From contig DF237076.1 in the NCBI GenBank assembly GCA_000708835.1, forward strand, positions 118,898-182,897: DNA of 64,000 nucleotides, written 5' to 3'. The DNA is from Klebsormidium nitens. Taxonomy: Eukaryota; Plantae; Klebsormidiophyceae. A model generated the notes under the pieces. The model was not told where the DNA came from and searched no databases. It saw only the letters and a program-made list of their open reading frames with translations. Shown here one piece after another: positions 24,836 to 37,417 of this stretch; within the stretch, counting starts at the first letter, position 1, and each line of letters begins with the position of its first letter. Position numbers and translations under genes: made by a program.

Positions 24836-27800
24836 ATGCAGTCGCTCGGAAATAGCGGAATGCTGACCGTCCAGCTGGCTCTGCGGGCAGATGACAAGCT
24901 GCGGGACCGGAAAGAGGTAGGGAAGTGCAAGACGAGGTGCGAAGGAATCCATGGTTGAGTCTAGATGACTATCGTTCAGCAATGCAAGTTCTGGATAACA
25001 GCGTCAGGGCTGTGGGCTCAGATGGGCGAAGGAACTGGTCAAGCTTAACACAACTTGATTCGAAGTGACGTGGTTACAACATGTAATCAGGATCTCAACG
25101 TAGTTCTGTGTGAAAGAGTTGGCCATTCAATAGTCAAGTGCACCTTTCAAGCCGCCAAGCTTGAAAGCAATCACCGAAAGCATCTTGAAATGCTTCGGAG
25201 TTGCTTGAAGACTCAAACACCCAATCTGGTGTTACTACAGGCCTTGTTGAACGAGAGGAAGCTTTCCATGGCTGTCAATCTGGCCAGCTCCTCCCCAGAC
25301 AGCAGCACAGCATTCGTGGAAAAGCTTCTTTGCGCGGAGCGGATCCTCCAACTCAATGAGGTGAGTACAGAAGACAAAGTCTATCCTTGAAGACATGGCA
25401 CAAGAGAAGTTGTCTCGTTGGGCTTGTTCCAAAACATGCTCTTGAGATACTGATCAAAGAAGTCAACAACACATACTTTCTGAAAGCTAGATAGACACAC
25501 GGTTTTCTTGGAAGAATGTTGCTTGCCTACTGTATCTGCACCACTTGGACCATCTGGCAAACCGGTTCCCTTTCACTTCCTCATACGAAAGAAGTGTAGA
25601 CTGTGTCAAATTTTGCAAATGAATCAAATACTATCCGCGCTTAGCTCCCTTGGGAAACCTACAAGAGGTAGCCCCTGGGCAAAAAAGCGAGAACCATCAG
25701 CGAAAGGAACAAGCCTAAAGAAAAACAAGCCTAAAAAGGTGCTTGTTTGTCCTCTCAGGATGAACTGTACTTCGTCGAAGATGGTTCGACAGGGCCTTAC
25801 TCCCCAAGAAACGAGCTCGAGGCGCTGTACCATCTCCATCAGCTCCTTACCCCCTCTCAAAACCCCATCACTAACCAGAGCTTAGAACCTGGAACCTCTT
25901 CCAATGACGAACTCAGTACCCCCATCTCTCAGCAGAGCACTAGTCCTTCTTCTCAAATGTTGCAAAGCCTGGAGAATCAGGACAGTAATACAGGAATAAG
26001 GGAGGCAGCCAAAGATGAGGTTGTGAGGCGGCTCATGGCTTATGGCGGTGATAAGCCGGTGGAGGCGGGGGAACGGTGTACAGGATCAGCAGAGCAAGAG
26101 CTCTTAACGTGGGCGGAGCGGAATGGCGTTGTCAGCAACGTGGAGCCAGCAGGTTCGACCTACCAACTTACTTCCTCATTTCTATTGTCGTTCATTCTGC
26201 TTTCATCTTTTCACCGGGACCCTTTGGGTCAATCTCGAGTCATCTCCATGTCTCACTTTGAATGTTCTGTGGAACGATTCTAAAGGCTTTCGAAGAAAAG
26301 AAGAAGGACCTCTGGAGCTTCACGCGGCAACTTTCTCTACTGAACTTCCAGCTTTTTTTATCATTTCCATAAACCCCCGCTTGTATTTTGTCTGTGAGTG
26401 ACTAATCCAATCCTGGGGAAGCCCAGGACCACAAACTGAATCCTAGCTCACAAGCCCGCCAACATACTGTGAGCATCACCTTGGACCAAACCAATCTGAC
26501 ACCCAGCGTTAACGTCCTTGTGCCAGTCTTTCCAAGCACGGGCCGGGGTGCCGTCGCCACTGCTGACGTCGCAGTGGGCGAGACGGTTCTTGAGGTTCCA
26601 GAGACGATGATAATCTCACCTCTGACGGCAATGGAATCGGACATGGTGAGGACAGGAAAGAACGATTGGCTTTCGTAGGACAGCGATCTTACAGGGAGGA
26701 CGTGGACAATCTCCAAGAACTTTCCTTGTCCAAACAGATTGTCGAGCACAGGAGGGTAGGAAAAAGTCGGTCCGAATAATCAATTGGGGACGAGCGGATT
26801 TTCCATTTGAAGAGCATTAGCAAAGCAGGCCGTTGTAACTGCCGTTTCTGAAAAAGGGGACTCAGAAACGAATTAGTTTAGCAGTTGATCACGTTAGAAG
26901 ACATTTAAACGTCCCCTTCCAAGTATTGAAGTGCCGTCCAACCTTTCTGCATTGACAAATCCTTTTGTCCGCTCTCCTAATTGTAGTCTTTTCTGTCAAA
27001 GGCAGGCTTCTGCAGTCTGTGCGCTTTTAAAGGGTCAATCTTACCCCCGCTCATATGAACAGCATAAATATTGAACCCCTTTTTTCGCGATGCTCCCCCA
27101 AACAGGCGGACGCGTTCTCACGAGTCCCAGACTTGGACGAGGACACCGCAGCCTTGCTTTGGAGCATGCGTGAGCGCCATGTGTCAAGCTCCCGTTGGGC
27201 GCCCTTCTTCCGCTCGCTGCCGGAAGCCTTTCACACCGGGCTCAGCTTCAGCACCGCTACGATTGACGAGCTCGAGGATACCCCCGCGTTCGAGGGGCTG
27301 CTCGCAGCGCAGCAAGTGAGGTTCCACCGGAGTGGCTAAGTTTCAAACGTTGGGTATCTAGCTACGTCCCAGCTCCTCCGAATAGAGCAAAACGAAATTA
27401 AGGTTCGATCGAGAAGGACACTTTGTACTTGCAATCAGGCCACACTAACAGAGACGAGAGGGAGTGGAAGGGCGCATTGGCACAAGGTTGAGTTGAAAGA
27501 TCCTGACCAATTTTGAGAAAACATCTCTGACTTTCACGTCATCATTAGGCATCGACTTCGGCATCTAATAAGTCCCGAAAGTGTGCAAAGAAAGAATACT
27601 GACCGCGCTTTTCATATGAAGGATCAATCTAACAAGCCCGCTTGTTCGCGGTGCCTGCAGTCTGCCAGTACCACTCTGTTTGTCTTCACCACGAGTCTTC
27701 CCGCCTCTCCTCTTTCTCTTCGACGACAAGCGTTTTGCAGGCACGCCCATGCCCTGTTCAAACTCTTACCGTCGAAACGCAACTTCTTCTTTGCAGCACC

Positions 27801-30346
27801 TCCGGTCCCAGTACGCCGCTCTCTTCCCCGCCCTCACCAACGCCTTCCCGACAGTTTTGCCCGCCTCTAGTTTCACCTGGGACGAGTTCCTTTGGGCCTC
27901 GGAGCTGTGGTACAGTTACGGGATCAAAGTGCAGTTCTCGGACGGGCGGGTCCGCACTGCGCTGGTGCCGCTCGTCTGTCTGCTGAATCATGCGGTGAGC
28001 TGAAGGATTACTTCAGCGGATCATCAACGTCTTCTGTTGGATCCCAGTGAAGCTGTCTGTCTGGTTCGGAGTTTGATGTGGGTTTAGGGTTCCGTGTCGT
28101 CTTTGGTCGGCAGTTGACTACTTCGGCTCCGCCGACCTTCCCGGCACAAACACGGTCAGGTCTTGGCGCTTCCGTGCATCTCGCCTTTATCTCGAAGCAT
28201 GCTGAGCTTTGTCCTAACACCGTCGTACCTGTGCACCGTTTCTCAAAACCCCACCAGAGCTTAGGTCTTCAAGCTGGCCTCGAACGATCTTTTCAGACCT
28301 TTGTTCCCGTCAACCCTCCTAACCCTCGGCTTCTTACTTAACCCGCCGTTCCTAACCGCCACCTAACTCCGGATTTGCAGGTCAGTCCACACGTAACCCA
28401 CTTCAGCCGGGTTGACCCGCAAACCCGCACGCTGCGCCTGCCCGCCGCACGCCCCTGCCCCGCAGGCGCGCAATGCTTCCTCAGCTATGGCCCCCTCCAG
28501 TCAACCGACCTGCTGACGTTTTACGGGTTCACGGTGGATGACAACCCGTACGACGCAATCCAAATGGGTGAGCTCAGTGACGTCAGCCTTGTTTTCGCCA
28601 TATCGCGGGTTTGGTCCGAGGAGCCGAGTGGCTAACGGTCTCGAGCGCTCCGATGCCGGTTTCTGAGCAGCTAAGGTACCCGATAGGTGAAGATTGGATT
28701 TGTCACCGGCGCGAATTGTCTATAGCGTCAGGCGGCCAAATCCGATGTCGATAAGCGATACGTGGAAAGACGGAGAAGGGGGACAAAGTACACCAACCCG
28801 AATGCAGCTCAAACATCAGCATGTATTAGCGCCCTCGTCTTGGGTTTCGTCCATTTCGGGGAGCTCTTGCTCCACACCGCAGCACTGCGTTGCTGACTTG
28901 CTAGTCAGATTTTTGTGTGATTTTCGGTTTCCTCCAGCTTACCCGCAGATCTTTGGAGGCTGATTAGAGGTCTTTCGATCAGCACAGATGTTCCCGCTAA
29001 ATTGCCAAGTTTTCTTGGGCTCCGTTCTACAACCCCTTTCTTTGCCTACCCACTTTCCTTTCTAGACATGAAGCTGGATAATGATCCATTCTAGATCTGT
29101 CCCGATCGTAAAAGCTCCCGCAATGTGTCCATATTTGTTGACCGTACCCAAAAGTCTAACGAACTTCTCTTAAAATTTCAGACAAAATTCCTAAGACTCT
29201 TCGTCTTTCTCTCCCACCAGACTTGGAACTGCCCGAGGACGACCTGCTGCCTGCGAAGCAGGCCCTGTTGACGGCTCGCGGCCTAGGCCTGCCACTCTTT
29301 GTGACGGCCGCAGGAGTCCCTTCACGGTTGTACGGGGCCCTCCGAGTTCTCCTGATGGACGAACAGGAGCTCGAAGTGTTCAAAGGAGATCCGAGGCGCG
29401 AGAAGGTAAGAGTCGAGGGAAGGTCGTTCTGAGACATGACGCAAAGGAACGATTTTATAGAAGATTGGTTTTGAACCATGTCAAATTGGACGAGAACCTA
29501 CTCACTGACGATTTGGGGGGACTTGATTAGAAAATGTTCGGAGAAGAAATGTGGAATTTGCTTCGAGTGCGCAGAAGAGCAGGTTTAAGAGGGGTCGTAA
29601 GAACACTTATTTGGTCTAGTTTCGTAAAGTTGTCCTCGTGTACATGTCTGGCGCTTGAGTGTCAAGCAGTCCCTGTGGCGTTATGAGCGTGACGGCCTGT
29701 TTGGAAGATTCCTCGGTAGCTGACTGCTTCGCACAATTTTTATGGACCGATAAGGCTTGATCTGGTCAAGTGAACCGAAAGCCGGTATGATGTGACGAGC
29801 ATTTTTCAAGTTCTTGAAGAATTGTTGCATTCTAGCCAAGCAAAACAAGACGGATGCAGACTTCCTTGCACTGCAGCTGTGTCTAGGAGCAGGCTCCGCC
29901 TTTGGCTACGCTCATCATTATCGTGCCGGCCAATTGGTAGTGCCTGAGCGACTGAAACCTCATTTTGTTCCCGCATCGTGATCCAGCTAACGGTAAGCTG
30001 CCACTTTGTGCAGATAAGCGATGCGAACGAACTGGCGATGGGGGCTACCTTCCTTGGAACTATCGATGCGCTTTTGGCTTTGGGCCAACGACTTAGAGAG
30101 GCGAATCTAAACGGCGACACCGACGAAATGGAAGGCAACGACTGTCGGGAAAGTAAAGGCGGAATTAGAGGCATTGGTGGGCAGACGGAGAATGTGCCTC
30201 CGTCCGAAGAAGGTTCTCATGAGAGAGGGTTGAGAGACGATGAAGAAGGAACCGTAGCTGTCGCAAAAAGATACCGAGAACGGCAGAACAGGCTCCTCCT
30301 CCGGATACGGCGCTCGTTTGTGGCTTGGTTTGAAGCTGCTGAGTAA
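24836..30346 (+). CDS. SET-domain (Rubisco LSMT/SETD3-SETD4-like) protein methyltransferase, multi-exon; start approximate
   Basis: Exons: LRADDKLRDRKE (~24836-24916), ERILQLNE (~25241-25360), DELYFVEDG..YSPRNELEAL (25758-26140), GRGAVATADVAVGETVLEVP (~26527-26646), RWAPFFRSLPEAFHTGLSF (27105-27316), FTWDEFLWASELWYS..LVCLLNHA (27797-27995), QCFLSYGPLQSTDLLTFYGF..NPYD (28381-28567), 29221-29406, last exon ~30012-30346. Confidence 0.85.
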
Positions 30347-31215
30347 GGATCCATGCTATCTGAGAGCTTTTCCATCTGCATCTTCTCGCCCTTTCCATGA
30401 AACCTCAGGAGAAAGGCCTCCGGAGGAGACGTTTTCTTCAGATGCAATGTGCAATGGACGGCCCTACACAAAATGGTCACCGGGTTTGCATTTTCTGGTG
30501 CATGCATTGAAAATGCTCGTAAAAGAAATGGCGAGAAGTCAGAGATTCAAATGTCTAAGGAGCCGGCCGATATCGCATGACGTACTGGGCTGGAGTCATA
30601 TTGGTCATTGAAAGTGACGCAATCCATGCGCCGGGTCCGATCTAAACGCTGTAGTTGATTTATACCCCATAGGAAGATCGTAGCGTTGTCCAGGTCTCGG
30701 CCGCCCGGCCGGTTATACAGGATACTCACTAGCCTGTCTATCGAACGCATGCATCGGATTGTCGAACATGCGCGGCCGCGGGCATGATACGATAATGAAA
30801 ACAAATTACAATTATAACATACAAACCACTCAATTTGAATACATACCGTAAACTGTAACGGTATAAATCAATTTGAAAAACGTAACACATTCTGATTTTG
30901 CTAAGTTGCAATGCCAACCACGGGAGGCTGCGAAGTGATCAATTCAAATCTTAGGATCACTATGACATCACTGCGGCAACTCTCCAACGATTACGCTAAT
31001 CTTTCACGTATTTCAACTCGACAGTTTAACGACATGAGTGCTACGTGTATTCCAGTCAAAAGAATCACCTGTGTAAATCCAAAGATGCGCCGAAATGAAC
31101 GAAGTTATACTCCAATCCATAGACCTGATGCATGCTACCTGTGGCTGTCAATACCTTGCGGGCCAGTGTCCTGCTAACGACCTTGCCGAGAAAAGAATAC
31201 GCTGTAACGACCCCA

Positions 31216-34200
31216 TCACCTGCCATATGGCACAACCCGGTATCGAAACGCTGCTGACCTGTACACGTCAGAGTGGGCCAGGACGGAGGCTGCAAGCAGG
31301 CACCGCGTGACCATGAATTACGGACTGTACACTGTAACGGTCCCATTCTAGTTCCAAGCTTCTTACCAGTCGTTCAGTTGCTTTAGGTTAAGTCCGGGAC
31401 AGGCGCCCTCGCAAACCCAACAGAGAGATCATGCACCCATTCTTCGTTTACTGAAGAGCAACTTCACGGATCCGAGAGCCAGAAATGGATGCGTATTTTG
31501 CCCTCAAGGTCGACGAGAAGGGCCGACGAAAGCGGCTATAAAAAAAATCAAAATCCTTTCAAAAACAAAAACAAGAAAGTTAACAGTTACTTGCTTCCCG
31601 AGTCCTGACTGAGCCTTGACCCGAAAATCAGAACAAGCAGCCAGGTCACTCTCAAGTGTGGCCACATGAAAGCTCAAAGATAGAACAGCCACGAACAGCC
31701 TGGGAAGGGCACAATCACTAAGTGGGGATAGGGTGGACTCGGAGGCGGAGCGGGTTTAACTAGGGTTTCGAATCCTACTTGTCCAAAAGCTTACGAGTTG
31801 CGAACTGCAAATCGACTGTGCTTTAGGTGCATCATCGTAGATGACGTACGGATGACGACTCAGTACGGTCGCTTTACCGTCATAAGGGCGCGAGTAGCCG
31901 CCGCCCATGCAGATGACGAGCGGCAGGCCCCGTCGTATGCACTCCGTGTAGACCATGTTGTTGCGCTTCAGCAATCCCTCCCTGCACACGTGGTGCCAGG
32001 TAAGACAACCGGTGCCATGCCCGATTCCGAGAAGTTGGGATGATATTTCAGCTGAGTGACATGTCAAGTAACAGACGACGGGAGTAGAAGCAAGGGCGAA
32101 GCGGTGCGCTTAGCCTAATGGAGACCAGAATGGATTTATCTTTTTGCCCTGGCTTTTATTTTTGTACGATCACCATCCATTGTACAGCAAGTACGGAACA
32201 GTGCAATCGACGCAGCACTGCGAAAAGGCCTTTACTAGCACACCGACCGGCTTGCAAACCCAGAACATCAAGAGCTTGTCCCTCCATGGTTACCACGTCA
32301 TTGCTAGCCGCCTGAAGCTGTCCCCCCTCAGTGCATCCACCCCAGCTTAAAATGAACCTAGGCGCGACACAAAGACGCCTCGCCTCAAAAGTGCGCTCGC
32401 AGACCACCCCATAACCTGTTCGCAGACCCAGACAGTGAACTTTTCCGCTGTGCCCCACTCGTACCTCGTCATTGCAAGGCCGACCAGAGCTGTCCGCTTT
32501 CAGAGGGTCCACGCCGGCCAAGAACGAACACGTAGGCATGGCGCGAAAGTGCCCAGAAGTCAAGCCTCAAGAATCTCCCGTAAACCAATTGTAACCCTTT
32601 CCCAAACTCGAAACATCCTTCTTCTTTGCCCCAGTCTTACCTCGTCATCGCAAGCCGCCCAAAGCTGTCCTCTTTGAGGGCGTCTACCCCGGCCTGGAAG
32701 AAAACTAGGCACGGAGCAAAATTTTCCAAAAGTCAATACCAATACCATTACCCCCCCGAATCCAACCCACAAGCCATCTGCAATTCACATCTTGGAATTG
32801 CCTGCTTTCTTACCTCGTCATCGCCAGCCGCCCAAAGCTGTCCTCTTTCAGCGCATCCACCCCAGCCTGGAAGAAAACTAGGCGCGGCGCATACGTGTCC
32901 AAAAGGTACGGCAGCCACTGTCCGAGCGTCCGCAGGTACAGCTCGTCGTCGGCGTCGTCCGGCATCTCGACGTCATGGTCTGACGTCATCTTGCTGCGCC
33001 AGGGGTAGTTCTTCTCGCCGTGCATCGAGAAGGTGACTACGCGGGGCTCGGCCTCAAACATCTTGGCGGTTCCGTTACCCTGCGGAAAACGGAAGTAATG
33101 CACGATAACGGAACGCTATGGCTGACGGTGTCGTATCTCGTTCGTGACAGCGAATGCCGATCGTCTAGTACAGCTGAACGGAGGTCACAGTCTGCAAGAG
33201 TTGTGGAGGAGCGAGCTGGAATACGTGATCGGATACGCTATGTCTGCTGATGAGCGTGTCTTGGCAGTCCGCTTGAAATGCAGACGGAAGAAGCAATCCG
33301 TTATTTAAAACGGGATGCGCTCCAGAAGCGGACTGTTAGCCCTCGTGCTCGTCTAGATTCTCTGCCTCGTTTTCTTTCTCACAGCTGCGGCATGCATCAT
33401 GCCCAGTTCGGTCTTTTACCAGCTCCTCTTGGACAAATCAAGCGGTCTTTCTGAGGGTAGTTTCTGAAGGAGTACGGGGATAGACCAGGACCTTAGCGTA
33501 AAAGCGACCAGGGGCCTTTACACACAGGGCGGGTGTTCTTTTTCGCAATTCGCCGAGAACTCAAGGTGTTGTTTTGCCCAAACTCCCCGCGCGACTTCAG
33601 GGGGTACCTTCCGCAAGGCAAACGTAGTCCCGTGCGACGGTCCGAAAAAGTTTACTTTCGCTACCCGGCTTTTTTTGGGTAGCACTTTGGAACACCGCGG
33701 TGTTTTTGCTGACATATGATCGTACGAGTCGGCGAATCGGCAAAAACACCCGCGGTGTTTTCCTGGCGACGGTACCGCCGCGACCCCTGCTGTACCGTCG
33801 CTCGGAACAAAAAACACCCGCTCTGTGTGTAAAGGCCCTAGAAGGACCCCCTAGCACAACTCCATTCACTGTACAGAAGCGCCTGGGCGCTGACCAGCCC
33901 AGGTCCAACTCCTGCCTCTCCACTCAAGGTCCACGTAAACGCCTTCCCCAATTCAACCAATCTTGTACGACAGTAAGTGGCGGTCGCTACAATGTCTAAC
34001 CATCTTAGAAAGTCAATGCACGTCCAACACGATTCCAACAGGAAAGTAACCTGAAAGACTTTGTTATCAGCAACTGGACTTTCAGCAACTAGGATTCCAT
34101 TTTCGCTGCCCGTTTGCTCCTCTTGATGAGCACGGCCGCAGCTGCAACTGCAGTGTCTTCGAAGATGAAAATCCCATAAAAGCTCCGTTCACAGAATTCT

Positions 34201-37200
34201 CTCGATTACTGAGCCCGCTCCTGCAAAGTTCCATACCTGATGGACGTCCAGGTCGACAACTATGATCGGCGTTTTGCTGTCCAGCTGCTCCGGGTAGTCG
34301 ACGAGCGCGGCCGCCGCTGCAACTGCGATGTCGTTGAAAACGCAAAACCCCTCCCCGTGCCCCGAAAACGCGTGGTGCGTGCCGCCCGCGATGTGGGACG
34401 CGGCCCGCCGCCGCCGGGGGTGGTCGGCCATGACTGCGTGCATGGCTGCTACGGTCCCCCTGAAAAAAGAGAGAGTCGTTTAAGATGAGTAAAAACCGAG
34501 TGGGAGGGGCTTCCTAGTGACAATCCAGTTCAAAAGTAAGATCATGGAACAAAAGCTTTGGCAAAGTTGCTTCTTTTGACGGCAACGGCTTGGGAGTGGA
34601 CAACGAATATGCGATCCATCCATCCACGGGCCGGGCGAGGCTGACAGTCATGAAATGACAGGATTTAAGAATCCGACTTGTGGCCCTTCTGCCTCCTGCT
34701 TTCATCGAACTCGTGGATTCTACGAGGGTACTGCTTGTTGAATTCTGGCTTTGAACGTCACGAGTTCGCTGGCAGCAACTTGCAACTTGACGTCAAAAGC
34801 CACAAGGTTTATATGCAGCTCAGACCTGCTTTTGGCATGATCGCTAGCTGCGGTCTCCGCAGAGTGCAGGTCGGAACCCCAGTCCGGCCACTGGTTAACT
34901 TCAGAGAACTCTGCTAAGGCAACGAGCTGCCGGATCGTCACAAATCAGTACATTAGTCGAGTCGGTTGTCAGGTATGTCTCACCCGGTGGACGCTAAGGA
35001 CCTTCTGATCAGCGCGATGCTCCAGGGAAACCCGAGAGCTCTTTCTTCGTTCGGGGTGACGTCACCCGAGACAACCCGTTCGACGTACCTGCATCAAAAT
35101 GACGGAGTCTGTTCTCCTCATAGTCCATTCAGCCCGCAATACTGTCCGCCTCGAAAGCGAGGTGAACTATGCTGCTGCAACGCGTTGAATAGCGGGCGGA
35201 GTATTCCATCAGGCAACACGGAACCCACCGCCCACCAAAATGTTTTCAAGCAGGACATCACTGATCTGAGAAATCGAGGAACTCTGAAGCAAGCAACGTC
35301 GTGTGCGGTTCAAAGAAAGGGTTTCTTCACAGTAAGGATTTACCGAGCAAGAATCCGAACCGACTGCATCTTCGTGCCTGATAAGAACCTATGTGTGCCA
35401 CCTGAGTTGTCTTTTCTGCATGGGGCCCCAACGCTATTTGCTTTGCCTGGCGCTGTGAGCCTAGAAAGTCGTCGTGCCTGCTCACCCTTTATCATGGACT
35501 CTGAAGAGCTCCTCGGTCGAACAGACTGGTGAGCACTTGAAGCCGATGGCACCCTTCAGAGACGAGTCCTGCTCCAAGTTGGCTCTGGTCGCAGCATACC
35601 TGAAAATAGTGTTTTCTTGCAACTCAGAAGCAGAAACAAAGAACGGTTCCTTCATCCCCGGTTTCTGGGTTTATTCCGTTCGGTAGTGGCTTCGCACAAA
35701 CGCTGTCGCAAGAGCGTTAAACAAGTGCAGTCCCAGCAAGGGACTATAACCTACCGACAAGAGACTTCGGCAGAAAGTTGCAAATAGGCATCGTTCTGAA
35801 GGGGCCATGGCACAACCGTCAGGAAGTACCTACTCCAATCAGAAAAACGCTTGCAGCTCTCACCAAAACCCTTGGAATAGTCTGGGTGGTAAGAACTCGA
35901 CCTGAACTCTTTTTACAGTGACCCAGCTTCGGTTACAGGTTTAACAATACAGAATGCGACAGAGAAGATTGAAGGAACTTGCTTCAGCATTGGGAATCGG
36001 TGCTTTGGTGGCAGTGGTACAACGTATGTGTCGCAGTAAAAAGCCAGGAATGGCTCCTCCATATCAAGGGCCTGCATGGCCGCTTGCTTGGTCGTCATGG
36101 TGTTGGCAAAGACCTCGTCCGTTATACCTTGCGCTTCCGGGGTGACTGCTTCTTGCAGCGACACTCGTCCTGCATGAGATGTCGTTGCTGTAAGTGCAGT
36201 GGATCTGGGGGCTGAGGACCATCCAGAATAGACCTATAGTTCAGGTAGGTCAATTCTAGGTAGGATTGGTTAATGCCTGGCGGGCGGGTAGGGTTAGTTT
36301 GGGGGTTAGGGCGGGTGCGGGAGCAGAGCAGGTACATTTGTTGGTTTAGGATTTTTATTTTCTTTTTCCCCGGGGACTGATATTATCCTACCTAGAAACT
36401 ATTCTACCTAAACTATAGACATACTCATCCAGAACGACTCTTCCTTGCGGAAATAATTGAACGCATTGAAACCATCAAAGTGACAGGGGATGCTTGCTTG
36501 AGGGCGCATGGTGACCACAGATGCAACCAATGAAGAGGGGGTTACTGAAAGTTTGCCCGCTGAAGAAGTATTCTGCTTCCCCAACTGTATGGCTGCTCAA
36601 CTGAAATTCGAACAGGGCCCACTGGGTTTGCTGCCTGGGAAAGTAATTGTCTGTGGTAGAAGGTGCAATAAGCTGTGTTAGTTGTGGTGATACTCAAGGA
36701 CATCAATCCAATCGTTAAATACGATGCTACCACCCCCTGACAGATGCCTGTAGAAATTGGCAGGTGCGGCCATGTTTGAGGATGAAAGCAAGTCCATTGT
36801 TGCTTCAACATGCCAAGGAACAGTCAAGGTGGCTGAAAAGGATCAAAAGGCAACTCAATGTGGTCAAGTTTGGGGGTGACCACAGTAAGGGAGTACTACA
36901 ACTCATAACCAGTAAAGCCAGCGGGCTTACCTGGCCTTACAAAAGTTCGTCTACCCCCCAGCTGCTGTTGACCCATGCCACCTTGACAGCGGCACTCGCT
37001 AGATCGTTCAAAAGCGGGGCAAGAAGGAGATGCTGTAAGAAAAGGACCGTTGCGTAGCACTGTTAATCGGATAGCTCGTCTTTGAAAAACATCTATAGGC
37101 CTTGAGTTCAGTCTACTGTCATCTCGGATGATTTGAGTTGCTCCCCTGCCAGAATGATATTCACCAGCCTGAGGTGTCCAATGCAAAGACCTCTGGAGCA

Positions 37201-37417
37201 GTCTCTGAGCAGTAACAATGCTGGTCGTTGCCTCCATGCTGCTGCTTAGGCCCCTTCCAGATGCAGCCCCGAACGAGCTTAGATCTGTTGGCAAGAAACG
37301 CGATGTTCTTCCAAAGCTGATCTGAGTTTCAAGTTCGAAGCAACCAAGCGGAGCTAGGAAATTTGGCAGCTGAAGAGCGCGTCTCCAGCTTGCAAGCCTG
37401 GTCAAAGAAGCAGCCAT
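31216..37417 (-). CDS. Zn-dependent deacetylase (HDAC superfamily, bacterial class IV/HDAC11-like) with long N-terminal extension; start tentative
   Basis: Exons encode YVVPLPPKHRFPMLK (~35985-36200), ELFRVHDK (~35490-35595), YVERVVSG..LGFPWS..RRSLASTG (~34983-35088), IAGGTHHAFSGHGEGFCVFNDIAVA..DLDVHQ (~34236-34459), GNGTA..TFSMHGEKNYP..FFQAGVDALKEDSFGRL (32814-33081), MGGGYSRPY (~31880-31985), ASVLAHSDVYRSA..GR* (31216-31290). The upstream exon MAASLTRLASWRRAL.. (from 37417) is inferred. Confidence 0.88.
32285..32900 (-). repeat. Four ~173-bp tandem units each containing the deacetylase exon 3' end plus donor site
   Basis: Exon-end positions 32814, 32641, 32465 and 32294 (spacings 173, 176, 171). 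Shared core tac c(t/a)cgtcat(c/t)gc..agctgtcc. Confidence 0.92.

Noticed and set aside
27645-27735. Weak additional exon echoes here (SET gene) and at ~1655-1690 (APC1), ~16860-16890 and ~20845-20875 (helicase), ~56860-56900 (Thg1)
   Set aside because: Similarity is too fragmentary to distinguish from chance by eye; needs a statistical alignment test.
30620-31200. Short palindromes (e.g. ataccgt..acggtat near 30843-30864) between the convergent SET and deacetylase genes
   Set aside because: Short stems expected by chance; no supporting element structure.
32285-32900. Regularly spaced repeats as a possible CRISPR-like array
   Set aside because: Units are diverged copies of a coding exon end in a eukaryotic intron; there are no identical repeats with unique spacers and no cas genes.
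36286-36312. Telomere-like TTAGGG fragments
   Set aside because: Only 2-3 imperfect units inside an intron; better explained as minus-strand CTAAC branch-point motifs.
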